Made by a program: the position numbers and the translations under genes. From Octopus vulgaris (Eukaryota), in assembly GCA_951406725.2 (NCBI GenBank), contig OX597817.1, positions 112,406,001-112,470,000 of the forward strand: 64,000 bases of DNA. The letters run 5' to 3'. The notes below the pieces were generated by a model. The model did no database searches. It was not told where the DNA came from and worked only from the letters and a program-made list of their open reading frames with translations. Shown piece after piece: positions 12,164-24,632 of this stretch. How positions within the stretch are numbered: the stretch's first letter is position 1; every line of letters begins with the position of its first letter.

Positions 12164-12877
12164 CACGAACCCACAACAAACACACTTACACCTGCACACA
12201 CCCTACACACACCTTTACCCAGATATTAACACCATGACACACACAAATATATGGTTCCACACATACACATAATTGAATACGGGTGCAAAACATCCAACAC
12301 TATTTTTTGGAAATGGCTGTAAATATTGACTTCACACAAATACGTTGCTTCCCGATACAGGCACAAGGCCAGCAGAACTATAAATATTGAAAATTGTACC
12401 CACACACACACACATATATACACGCGCGCGCGCCTCAACATACATATAAACACACACGCGCGCGCGCGCGCACACACATACATACATACAGCTCTCCCTG
12501 TTCTAAACGAACTTACTTATCCAGTCAAGCGGAAAATACACTCCCTAACTACGCGCTAAAAAGCTATTTAAAATATCCACATGACGTCTACTGACCAGCC
12601 TGAACAATAAGAATTTTCAACAACACTATTTTCGAAAATTCTAAACATTCACGTGACCTCTTTATTATGGCCAATAAGAAATTTTAGGCGGGACACTAGC
12701 CAAATTTTAACTTCTCTGGAGCCTTTTTTCTTACCCCAACACCAACTTCCATTCAAACATTCATGTGACCCCTTCATAATGACCAATCAAAATTTTAGGC
12801 GCGAAACCAAGCAAATCCAAAACAACTCTGGAGCCTCTTTTTTTCACATATAAGAGACAGACTCTAATCTCTCTTTT

Positions 12878-12917
12878 ATATTTTGATAAGCATAACAAAT
12901 GCGCAACCGGTAAAAAG
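12878..12917 (+). ncRNA. Minimal type I hammerhead ribozyme motif, U3-A8 core; GAAA mutated to GCAA
   Basis: tt TTGATAA gcat-aacaa-atgc GCAAC cg GTA aaaag. Confidence 0.6.
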
Positions 12918-13119
12918 AACTTTCACCTAATTAAATTACTTAAATTACTTCAATTATTTGTCAGCATTTTCTTCATTTCCTTTTTTATATATATATATGT
13001 ATATACATATATATATATATTGATATATATAGTTATATATATTATTAATAATTAGGAAATGTAATAATTCCAAGCTAACAGGGAAAAATTTCAATTTAGT
13101 GCACTAAATCAAAATTCAC

Positions 13120-13192
<73 letters not shown>

Positions 13193-13194
<2 letters not shown>

Positions 13195-13666
13195 ATTTAG
13201 AGACAAACCAGTATTTAGTTATTCCATCAACAGTGAATTAATATTACCTATAATAACCACATAGAAATTAATAGAAATTATAATCATTATTCTAAAAAAT
13301 CTCATAACAAATAAAACATTAAATTAACTATGCTTTACATTAATATTGCTAAATTTTATCGAATTATTTAATGTTAATATACATATATTTTTATATTTAA
13401 TGTTTTATTATATCTAAATTTATTTACGTTATTTGTTTACCTGAAGAGTGGCCAAATATTTTAAACTTGAATTAATATTAAATTTTAATATTATTAAATT
13501 TATATATTTAGTCATGAAACGCGCGTAGTCAATTTAACGTTTGCTTTGTTATGAGATTTTCAGAATAATAATTATAAGATATTTTTATTAATTTTCATGT
13601 GGTTATTATAGATAATATCTTTAAATTATTGATGGAATAACTAAATAGCGGTTTGTCTCTAAATTC
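13193..13666. repeat. Fold-back: about 145-bp inverted repeat flanking a hammerhead motif (inverted PLE pseudo-LTR)
   Basis: gaatttagagacaaacc...ctcataacaaa...aactatg (13193-13340) is the reverse complement of cgtagtcaatttaa...ggtttgtctctaaattc (13524-13666). Confidence 0.85.
13436..13532 (+). ncRNA. Hammerhead ribozyme motif with long AT-rich stem II loop
   Basis: tttac CTGAAGA gtggc [about 58 nt AT-rich] gtcat GAAAC gcgc GTA gtcaa. Confidence 0.55.
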
Positions 13667-13899
13667 TATATATATATGCACTCATCAGATTTTTAATTAT
13701 TTCAACACATCTTCAGGTTCTTTTTCTAAATATTGTTAATCTAATTCTAAATCACCTTAAAATTAAGCATTAAATCAAACATTAAAAATTTAAAATTATA
13801 CTATATAAAATTAAGAATTCAAATTATAAATTATACATTATAATATTAATATATGTATACTAATTCATAATTATAAAGTTAAGTATATAATGTCAAATA

Positions 13900-15680
13900 C
13901 AAAATGTAAGATATAAAGTTATGCATCAGAATAAAAATATCTGTGATTAAATGTGAAGAATAACATGAAAAAAGCTTATACATATCTTCCTTTTATGGAA
14001 CCAAGGGGTCTTTCAAAATGGGGATTAGAGGACTGAAACTCTGGAATTCTACCCGTGACATTATCAAATGGTTTAATACTATTCAGAATAAGAATATATG
14101 TAAATTCCTTCAAATTGATATTGAGAATTATTCATTTATCAATGAAGTGGCTTGAAATATGTCATTTGTCATGAGAAAGGTAAATATGTCATTTGAAGAA
14201 GTCAAAATGGTGTTGGCCGCAAGGAAGTCTGTTGTAAAATATAAAGATAAACCAGGGGCAAGAAAAGACACCAGAGATTGTTTTTGATATGCCCATGGGT
14301 GCCCCCAATGCTCCCAGGTTATCCATCTAGTAGGATTATACCTTTTATCTGAACTAGAGATAGAATTTACGAATATAGAGAGTGGTCTTTATAGGGACAA
14401 CCTACTACTTATAACCAGGAACTGCACTAATAGGTCAATAGAATGCCTTATGAAGAAAATGTATAAGTCCTTTAAGAATTATGGCCAAGGGATATCTGTA
14501 GAGAATGAACACTATGCAGTAAATTATCTGGATGTCAACCTTAATCTAGTCACTAATAAGATCCATCCATTCCATAAGTTGAACGAAATTTAATGTATAT
14601 TAGTTCTATAAGTAACCATCCTAGATCAGTGAAATAAGCTTTAATAGATAGCATAGGCAAAAGAATATCTATGCTATCCTCAGATTATGACACTTTTAAT
14701 AAACAAGCCCCATATTATTATAAGGCATTAAATGAAGAAGGATATAACTAATATAAGATCCTTTAATTATTACAAACACCTTAATAATATAACAGGTAAT
14801 CCAAATAATAATTGTAACAGTAAAAATATGAATAATAAAAAAATACTATATAAGAAACTAAATAAAGATAAAAACAATATAGTTATTAATAATGATTACA
14901 ATAATAATAGTAATATTGATAATGAGAAAGAATATGATCAATAGTAAGAGACAGTAAATTATACAAGCGGAGATATAATACACCTAAGAATACTGATGGT
15001 GTCTAATAATGATATAAAAAATATACAAAATAAAAAGGACATTATATGGTTAATTATTGCGTATGGGGCTCAAGTCATGACTAATATTAAGGAGACACTT
15101 GAAATTGTAAAAATGTCTTTTAAAAAGGACATCATTTATTCAAATATATTTTCCAATGAAACCATAAGAGTGGGCTACTCAACATCGAGGAATATAGGTA
15201 ATATCATTTCCTCTATAAATAATAAGAAATTAAATAATAATTATAATAGCACAATAAGTAATAACTCTAGCCATAACATAACCGATAGTGATGGGAGCCT
15301 TAATCAACATATAGAAAAATGTTCATGTCGTGATAAGACTAAATGTAAGCTCTCTAATAATTTTAATATTGATAATGTAATTTATAAATGTTTAGTAAGC
15401 TCTAAGAACAATAATAATAAAGTTATAAATAAAGTTCATATAGGATCTACTGCTAATGAAATTAAAAAAAGAATCTCTCAACACTACCAGACCTTCAAAC
15501 ATCCTAATTTAAATAGGACCATAGGTTTAGTAAATATACATGGGAATTAAAATTTAGACAAAGAGATTACACCCTTAGTTGGAGTATAATAGGTAGAGCC
15601 CACTATTATAATATTGGGAACAAAATGTGTTTATGTATAACAGAATTTATGAAACTGCTACAGTCTAGAGATAAATTACT
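13900..15680 (+). mobile_element. Decayed Penelope-like element, Naiad-like
   Basis: Frameshifted motifs LQIDIENY, MGAP, GLYRD, YLDVNLNL, SNHPRS, IIW...V.TNI, NETIRVGYSTSRNIGNII, CSCRDKTKC...VIYKC and HIGST...KKRISQH (GIY-YIG). Confidence 0.75.
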
Positions 15681-15796
15681 AAACACACACACACATATAC
15701 ACACATATATTTATATATATATATGTATACACCGAGAGATTTTCGTATGCGGGCATGGTTGCGTGCATATATGTACATGTGTATATGTGTGTATAT

Positions 15797-16668
15797 TTAT
15801 AGAGGGTTGGTAGAGCATAAGTCCGACGATGTCCTGGGGGAGACTCTAGGCTTCGATGAGGAGCAACTGACTAACCTGTTCGGAAGGACATTCGGGCCGA
15901 GGTATCTGGATAACTTTCAGAAATCCTTGGCTTGGTTGTGTAACCGATCGGCCTTACCGGTTCCAGAGAGGTTATCTAGACACGGTTTTGACACCACCAC
16001 ATGCCCGAGGTGCGGGCGCGCCAGTGAAACCGTCGTGCACGCCTTCGTACACTGTGAGGAGTTAAGGGAGTTGATAAGCTATGTCGAACAACTGATGTCG
16101 GATGCGGAAAGAGCATGACTCTCGACTGAGTCCATGATTAAGATCGTACCACCTGCCTTCAACAAGGAAAAGAAGGCATCTTTTTTCTGCGTAGTAGCCA
16201 TACTGAAAGAAACGGTATGGATGACGCGAGCGAAAGGGATTGGGACTGGTCACTTCATCTCTGGACACAGGTTGGTAAGCTATTTCAACTTCCACCTGTC
16301 GAGAAAGATCCGTCTGGAGAAAAAGTGCCTGTCGCAAAGTACGTTCGGGAAAAGATGGATGTCTGTGGTAAGGAAGCTGAGGATGAATGGGGCCGTGCTA
16401 GCATAGCCGGTCAGGACGAAAAGAAGGAAAAAAAAGACAAAGGAAAAATGAAAAAATAAACGGTGGGTTAAATATATAAAATAAACCGGAACGTTATTTT
16501 ATTAATTTTTAATTGTATATATTTTTATTTCATTCTTTCATCCGATTTTTCGATTTTTTCGATTTTTTTCCATTTCATTACAACCCAAACGATTTTGTAA
16601 GAATGTGAGTGTTCGTCCTTTGTAGTGTCCCCTCTATGTATACTTTTTATAGGTAAATAAAGAAATTC
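15797..16668 (+). mobile_element. 5'-truncated L1/Tx1 LINE (zf-RVT C-terminus and 3' UTR)
   Basis: LDNFQKSLAW...ALPV...CPRCG...ETVVHAFVHC is paralogous to 42286-42927. Ends aataaagaaatt like the copy ending near 43190. Confidence 0.85.
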
Positions 16669-16669
16669 G

Positions 16670-18644
16670 TTGGTTTCAGACCTTTTAAGGTCTAGCCAAT
16701 GACTACACAAGACATAGCCAGTTCCAGCGACAACGCTAGATGACAACACCCGTCCAACAGCAACATGCCCAGGTTCAACATAGCATTGTTTGTGGATTAC
16801 TTCACCATGGTTAACAGCGAATATACAACCTGCGAGAACTCCTGTATCAAGTGACCCGGGCAGCAGCATTACAGCCACAACTTCGTACGACATGTACAGC
16901 AACTCCGGCTCAACATCATCACCGCAACTTCTTGATACAGTATTTCTATTACCATGTACAATTGACTACGAACTGGTATTTCTCATTCTTGTGTCTATGA
17001 ACACTCGTCTAACTTCTCATTATAGACTCTTCCATTGTTTTCTCCTTCATTGCTTTTCTTATATGTACTTAACGTACACGCATACATCCATGCCTATATA
17101 TACATACACTTTGTTCACTCTGTTATTCTGTATACATGACGCAAATACAGACACTCATGTTAACCTATCAATAAAACTTTTCTTGAACATTCTATTGGGT
17201 TATGCCTCTCTCTTTACCCTCTGGTACATCTATGCATTATTCCAGCCTTCTGAACGGAGTCGTTATTAGATGGGTTTACCACGTGAGACCACGACAATCT
17301 ATAATGGTAACCCCGACGTTGTAGATCACAATTCCTTCAAAAATGGTAACCCAGACGTTCTAGATCACAATTCCTTCCATAATGGTGACCTGACTTAGAA
17401 TACGCATTCCTTTCCGTAGTCCAGTGACAGCCTTCATTTTACTTCAATGACCAACCGTTTTTTTCTAATTTCACCTCTTCGCTATAGAAAAATATCTTCC
17501 TTTTATCGTCTATTTTGTCTCCCACAAAATGATTTGTGAGGGGCTATCTGTAGCGTACACTCTAGTGAAATTCATCTCCCCTTTATTATATATACGGGCA
17601 TTCGAACGTAGCAGATGACAGCTAGCCTTTGGCCGCTGTTTGGACTCCGTTGTGTCCACTACTCTGATTGGTTGGTATTGGCACAATTTGTCTTTTACTG
17701 TGCCGTGCCAATATGCAGCGTATAACCAATTGGATCCCCTAAATAAGATCACGTGAGACAGCCTGTTATCAACTTCGTTTGAGCTTACTGTTCCTAATAA
17801 AAACCCAGCTTTTCCTCGTCTCGAGGTCTTTTAAGGTGGAGCCACTGACCACACGAGACACAGCCAGTTCCAGCGAAAACGCCAGACGACAACACTCGTC
17901 CAACAGCAACACATCCAGGTTTCAACACAGCCCTGTTCGTGAATTACTTCACCATGGACCAACAGCAAATATACAACTTTCTAGCCAGACGACGAAACCC
18001 GTCCACCAGCATTACGGCAATATCATTCTTCGTCGCCATTATCATCTTCTTAATGTCATTACCATCATCTGTCTCCGTACACAGCTCATACAACACTGTA
18101 TATGTTCAACATAGCACTGTTTGTGAATTATTTCACCATGGTTAACAGCGAATATACAACCTGTGAGAACTCCTGTACAAGTGACCCAGGCAGTAGCATT
18201 ACAGCCACAACTTCGTACGACATGGACTGCAACTCTGGCTCAGCATCATCGCCGCAACGTCTTGATACAGTATTTCTATTACCGTGTACAATTGACTACG
18301 AACTGATATTTCTCATTCTTGTGTCTATGAACACTCGTCTAACTTCTCATTATAGACTCTTTCACTGTTTCTCCTTCATTGCTATTCTCATATGTACTTA
18401 ACGCACACACGTATATACACACATACATTTTATTCTCATGACGGCCTGTCTATTATTCTGTATACATGACGCACACACAGACACACATGTTAACATATCA
18501 ATAATATATCAATAATTCTATCTCTTAAACATTCTACTCGGTTGTGTCTCGCTCTTTTCCCGCTGGTACTTATATGTATTATTTCAGCCTTCTGAACAGA
18601 GTCGTTATTAGATAGTTTCATCCACGCTTCCATGACCATCTATA
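16670..18644 (+). mobile_element. Non-autonomous LTR element: truncated LTR (16670-17303), PBS, about 245-bp interior, PPT, LTR (17549-18644)
   Basis: Two homologous repeats, both ending gtcgttattagat...atctata. TGGTAACCCCGACGT follows the first and gagggg precedes TGTAGCG, which starts the second. No gag/pol coding. Confidence 0.75.
17305..17394 (+). promoter_or_regulatory. tRNA-Trp primer-binding site, triplicated on a 39-bp period
   Basis: tggtaaccccgacgt (17305), tggtaacccagacgt (17344) and tggtgacctgac (17383). The canonical Trp PBS is TGGTGACCCCGACGTGAT. Confidence 0.7.
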
Positions 18645-18967
18645 ATGCGTTGCAAAGTCTTGGCTTTGGTGTTTCATAATGTTGAAATCTAGCGATAAAG
18701 GATTGGGAGATGTGTTTCATGAATAACTAAAATATTAGAGGCGCATTATTTATGTAGTATGTGTGGGTTTTTTTTTGTCCCCGCCACCACTGGTGTTGGT
18801 TTGTTAACATTACCATAAGATAGCTGCATGGCAAAAGAGACAAACACAATAAGTGCCAGACATAAAATAAATACTGGAGTCGATTAGTTCGACTAAACCC
18901 TTCGAGCCAGTGTCCTAATATGGTCGCTGTCCAATGACTACAACAAGTAAAAGATAGACAAACAGAA

Positions 18968-19041
<74 letters not shown>

Positions 19042-19771
19042 GAGTCACCAAGCAATGTAGTACGCAACACATTTCGTTGGAATCACACTTGTTTAATAAC
19101 AGTTATTGTCAGAGTGTCTAACCCCCATTGCTCCATCGGTTGTTGTATTTAGTCATACAGAATACTAATGAGAAGAAAGAAGCAAAAAAAAAAAAAAAGG
19201 AAAAGGAAAAAGGAACTATAAAGATATCCTCAGTCAGGAGTGATTGTACATTGCCGTCAGAGAAATCCCCAAAAGACTTTCTCAAACCACGATATTTACT
19301 TAATAGGAAGTACTTTTCAATATTCAACTGTTGTTTTCCAAGTAAACAACATCTAATTGTTCTGATGTTTATATTGATCAGGATATTTATATTGTTACAC
19401 TATATAAAAACATTTTTTGCAAAATGAGAAGCACTAATTAGCTAGTAAGGGAGGTAACAAATTATCACTGGACTCGTTATTTCATAGTCAGGACACACAC
19501 AATATTAATAAAACTATGTAATCAATACTTGGCTGATGTGAATTTAAGATTCGAACGTAATGAAGGAAAGACATCTAAAATGAAGGAGGCTATTGAAAGA
19601 AAGCTTTTCTCTTTCTCTCCCTCTCTCTTTTTGATTAATCGCTAACTGAAAAATATCAGCTGTGATTGTAATCTTTTAAGACCCATAAAATATAATAGGT
19701 TGATAAATGTGCCATACGTTTGAATGAGAGGACCTTTCGAGGATGATATTGCAATATTCGAAATTTTATAA

Positions 19772-19955
19772 GGCGGCGAGCTGGCAGAATCGTTAGCACG
19801 TTTCGTCTGCCTTTACATTCTGAGTTCAAATTCCACCGAGGTCGACTTTGCTTCTCATCTTTTCGGAGTCGATAAGGTAAGTACTGAATACTGGTACCGA
19901 TGTAACCGACTCACACCCTCCCCATGATTTTATGGGTTAGGGTGCCAAAATTCAA
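19772..19955 (+). mobile_element. tRNA-derived SINE (Meta/Nin-domain-like family)
   Basis: ggcggcgagctggcagaatcgttagcacg...ttctgagttcaaattcc.ccgaggtcgactttg...tcgataa.taagtac. Confidence 0.75.
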
Positions 19956-20888
19956 ACGTTAAGTTGGATATAAAGATTGATTTTTTGGTACTAATACTGA
20001 TTCCATCGTAAATAATTATTCTTTAATAAGCTTGCTGGCTATATGTGACATCAACAACTGAAAAGACACTAATATTCTATATACTGTGGCAACGAGATAT
20101 GGAGGGGTTGCGGTCATCGGACGCCTGCAACTGTAGAAGTCCAGTAGACTGAAATCATGTGATCTGGCAGTTCCAGCGTTCATAACAGACGATTCTCGTC
20201 TACTGAGATATATGCTGGTGCTTTTTATTCCCCATGCGTCTATATGAAAGACCTCTGAAGGCTAATACTGCAGTATTCGGCGTTCTAACAAGTCATCCAC
20301 ATGAAGCTGGATATAAAGATTGCCTTTTAGATAGGTATACACACACATACATATATGTATATGTATGCATACATACACACATACATACACACACACACAC
20401 ATATATATATATAGATAGATATATCACCGAATCTCTCTCTCTCATATGTGTGTGTATGCACACACACACACATGTATGAGTATATATATATATATATATA
20501 TATATAAAGAGAGAGAAGAAGAAATTGTTTTTGTATTTTAAAAGAAGCTCACTTGGAAATAACTGAAAACCAAAGGTATTTTTCAATTGAATTTCTCGTG
20601 CCAGGTATCATCAAAGACATTGCTGATATTAAATAGAGAGAAGGAGAGAGAGAGAGAGATTCGGTGAGTTCGATGTTTCCGAAGTTGTTGAGATCCGTCA
20701 ATGTTTGTAGAGTTTTAGTGAAGAGACTTGTTTATCAGACTAATAGCTTTTACTTCATTGCGGGCTGGGACTTGTATATGCATCAATACACACGCACACA
20801 CTCATCACACATGCTATTAGGGATACAGATAGAATTGCACAAGTTGAGTGAGCTGATAAAACTGAATTTAAAAGTGATTTTATTGAAA

Positions 20889-21505
20889 AGGCAGCGAGCT
20901 GGCAGAATCGTTATAACGCTAGAGAGACTGTTTAGCAGTATTTCTTCTACCATTTCGCCTGCCAATACATTCTGAGTTCAAATTCCGCCGAGGTCGACTT
21001 TGCCTCTTATCCTTTCGGGGTCGATTAAATAAGTACCAGTTACGCACTGGGGTCGATATAATCGACCTAATCCGTTTGTCTGTCCCTTCTGTGTTTAGCC
21101 CCTTGTGGGTAGTAAAGAAATAGGTATTTCTTCTACTATTACGTTATGAGTCTACATGCCGCTGAGGTCGACTTTCATTCTCTCGAGGTCGATAAAATAA
21201 CTGCCACTCGAGCGCCGGGATCGATGTAACCGACAAGCTTTCTCCCCCCAAATACTAGGCCTTGTACCTATATGTAGTAGAAATAATTTTAAAGAGCAAC
21301 GAGCTGGTAGAATAGTTATCACGCCAGACAAAATGCTTAGCGGCATTTCTTCCGACTTTAATCTTTAAGTTCAAATGCCACCGAGGTCCACTTTGTCTTT
21401 CCTCCTTTCGGGGTTGATAAAATAAGTATCAATTGAGCCCTGTGAATCCTGTGGTCGACTAGTACCCTCCCCACAATTTTAACGCCATGTGCATATAGAA
21501 GAAAG
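20889..21505 (+). mobile_element. Cluster of three same-family SINE units in tandem
   Basis: Repeated gagttcaaat.cc.ccgaggtcgacttt...gtcgat.aaataagtacc blocks, with junction aaagaaataggtatttc near 21115-21130. Confidence 0.75.
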
Positions 21506-23204
21506 AAAATGCTTCTATTTATATAAAATACTAGAATAAAATTAAAAAAGAAAAATTTACTTTAGCTTAAAATTTATTTTCCGCTCCAAATTCAATCGAA
21601 CTGTTTTCTTATGAAATAAGTTTTAAATTCTTTTGTTCAGTTGTAATGACTTCCAACCGTTCTCTTAAATCGGGTTCACCGATGTGTATGGTAACTACTA
21701 TTTCTTGCGTCGGGGACAACAGTCATTAGCGTTGACTATGACAAAGACTTGGTGTCAGTTTATATACAACATTCATTGCTACATTTTTTTACAAGGTTTC
21801 ATGAAATGCAGTCAGTGTCAGTCTTAACTCCATTTTTACAGATGCTGGAGATCTTCGACAGATAATTGAGGATTAAGCTGGTTTTTCACATCGCTGCACT
21901 TACGTATGGCCGCATTGATTCTTCATCCCTCTCCGAGTTGGGCATATATCTATAAAAACAGCTATTAGGAGAATCGCGTTGATTTGGCTGTGAAACTGCG
22001 AAAACAGCTATAAGACAGGAAATTCATCCGAGACCGCTTAAACGAAATCCGAATTTCCTCTGCTTTTCGCGCTAAAAGCGGCTGTATTTAAGGCTTTCGT
22101 TGAAAGAAAATTCTAGCACTTATCCCGTGAGCATAGTTTGAACGGTTTCGCTGTTAACATTCGTTGTTGATGTTTAATTCTCGGTTGGCTTTGATTAAGT
22201 AATCCAAATGGTGAAGGCGATCCAACCCTTCTCCCTGTATGTCTATTACTACCATGTCTGACGTATTCATCGTTTCTTTTTCTTTTAAAAGATAGTATTG
22301 TATGTGAGGCAAGATTTGGCCGTTATATTTAGCACGTTGAACGACCGTATATGGGCTCCTTCTTTAGCTCTTGCAACATTTGTTATTCAACTGCATCTCA
22401 GCTCTGATCAAGTAAAAGTAAACTAATGATTAAACTGCATTCCCGTCGTGACCATCCGGTATGTTTTTTGAAATTAGCTGTGTAGTTGTCAAGTTTTAGG
22501 GATTCACACAGACAGACACACATTCTCATCTATATATATATAGATTATTTAAAGCGTCAGGACTCTCGGGACCGATTACCGGGTTTCTAAGGCGTATAAA
22601 TGATCTAGAACTCAACATCGCTCTTCAACAGGACACCACATTTACAGCTGAGTGAACTGGATCAACGTGTTTTGCTCATGAACAAACTGCACCGCCCGGT
22701 CCGTGATATTGCGATCACGAGTGTAACATCCGAACCACTAGGCCACGATTCTTATTTATATTAGGATTATTTAGCTGCTTTTCTAGCAGGTAGAGCGATC
22801 ATGTGAATGCCTCTTCTTAAGCATGTGCTCTAAACATTTTCGAGTTCTTGTTACAATACTACGTAAAATGTCTGTGTAAATGTATTGGTATTGTTTCGCG
22901 TAGTCTAAAGTCTTACTATTTTGTTTAACGAAATTACAAATTCCATTACGAACAAAGGCGATTTTTTTTAATGTGTCATAATTATTTTAAATCATAACTG
23001 TTAATGTTACATTTTATCTGAATATTAAAAAACAAAAACAAAACAGAAGATGAAATTACAAACCTTATTCCAGTTTTTTCCCTTCGAATGTTGTGGAGGG
23101 TAAAAATGGTAAAATATTGGACAATGTACCCTGTAGTGTTGTTTACGTATATTTCATTACACTTTGAGTTCAAAGCCCGATCGAGTTAACAACTTCTTCC
23201 CGCC

Positions 23205-23780
23205 TGAATGGCTTAGCGCGTCAGACAAAATACTTAGCGGTAATTCTTACGGCTCTTAACGTTCAACGTTCAAATCCCGTTGAGGGCAACTTAGCACTTC
23301 ATCCTGCCGAGATCGATAAAATAAAGTACTAGTCAAGTACTGCTGTTATTGTAATCGACTAATCTCCATCCACTAAAACTGATAGCCTTGTACCAAAAAT
23401 TTGAAATAATTAAAAAGGTAGCAAGCTAGCAGAATGGTCATGGAGAAGAGCAAAATGCTTGGGTTATTTCTTATAGCTCTTTATGTTCTGAGTTCAAATG
23501 CCATCAAGGTCAACTTTACCTTTCATCCTCTCGGGGACGATAAAATAAGTACCAGTTGATTACTTGGGTCGATATGATCAACTTCACCCTCCCCCAAAAT
23601 TACTGGTCTTGTGCCACAATTAGAGGTGAGTATAATTGATTGAACAGACGACAGTATAAATATTAAGGCGGCAAAATGATGAAGCCACTGGAGAGAATGT
23701 GGGAATGATGGTAGTGGTGGAGAGCATTTGTTCCAGCTGTTTGAGCTCTGGGTTCAAATCCCGCCGAGGTCAACTTTTTC
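23205..23780 (+). mobile_element. Degenerate SINE copies (same family)
   Basis: ttcaaatccc...gtcaacttt...gataaaataagtacc blocks. Confidence 0.6.
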
Positions 23781-24444
23781 TTTATTTCTCTCTGAAAGAA
23801 GTCGTCTGCGAACAGATGGGAGTGAAATCGCCTCCGCTTGGTTTAGATGTCTAAGCGTTAGTACGAGTTGAGGTCCTATTAAGGCAAGGCATGTGTAAAC
23901 TCAAAGCGACTTCATTATTTTTTCCGATTTTCTACTATTTCTTCTACCTAAAATCCATTTTTCTTCTCTGTTGAGGAGAAATTGCTTCTTACATCACCTG
24001 CATTTTTAACTACAAACTGAACGAACCAATAAGTGAGAGTACACGCAGTCTGCTAGAAATAGCAACGGAATCTGCCTCAATCACCCTATCGTCCTAAAAA
24101 TGAAAGGACCCATTTGAAAACGTAGTTCTAGATATATATTTAGAAAGTGTGGTAGTCACGGCTGGAATGCTTTTGATCATAGCTTTGATAGAGCAGACTT
24201 TCAGACCTGGAGCTAAATAACAACAATCCAATTCTGCCTCCACACCTTTTTTTTCTGTTCTGTGAGAGAAAACTTAGATCTTGAGTTAAAGTTTATAGAG
24301 CGTGTCGAGCAGAGATGTCTGAATAGAAAAACCATAAATCTGAATTTATGCCATATGAAATAATGCAGCTATTTGAAGAATGAAATTTTAATCATTCAAC
24401 AATGTATTGTAAGAGAGAAAGGCAAGTAAAACCTTTTAAAGACT

Positions 24445-24632
24445 CCGCCGGTTACGACGACGAGGGTCCCAGCTGATACGATCAACGGAACAGCTTGCTC
24501 GTGAAATTAACGTGCAAATGGCTGAGCATTCCACAGATACGTGTACCCTTAACGTAGTTCTCGGGGATAATCAGCGTAACACAGAGTGACAAGGCTGACC
24601 CTTTGAAATACAAGTACAACTCATTTTTGCCA
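24445..24632 (-). mobile_element. SINE 3' fragment (family of 36578-36895)
   Basis: Reverse complement of aactacgttaggggtacac...ttaatttcacgag...gttccgttgatcg...ctcgtcgtcgtaa. Confidence 0.75.

Larger units (their letters stand above)
9775..12960 (+). mobile_element. Penelope-like retroelement (RT + C-terminal GIY-YIG), 5'-truncated, with pseudo-LTR/3' UTR
   Basis: Long RT/GIY-YIG ORF with upstream motif INLT...LLSKGLKFTPTP; the 3' region holds a direct repeat and a hammerhead motif. Confidence 0.9.

Noticed and set aside
13900-15680. Possible selenoprotein or SECIS, as reported for some Naiad PLEs
   Set aside because: The recognisable Cys motifs use TGT codons, the stops look like random decay, and the 3' end is replaced by microsatellite; no SECIS was seen.
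17302-17394. 39-bp repeats, the 23-bp repeats at 51585 and the 180-bp array at 34840 as CRISPR arrays
   Set aside because: They are tandem units with no unique spacers, there are no cas genes, and the context is eukaryotic.
16790-18401. Duplicated ORFs of 100-160 aa (SDPGSSITATTSYDM...)
   Set aside because: They lie within the two LTR copies, frames and starts differ between copies, and no domain is evident.
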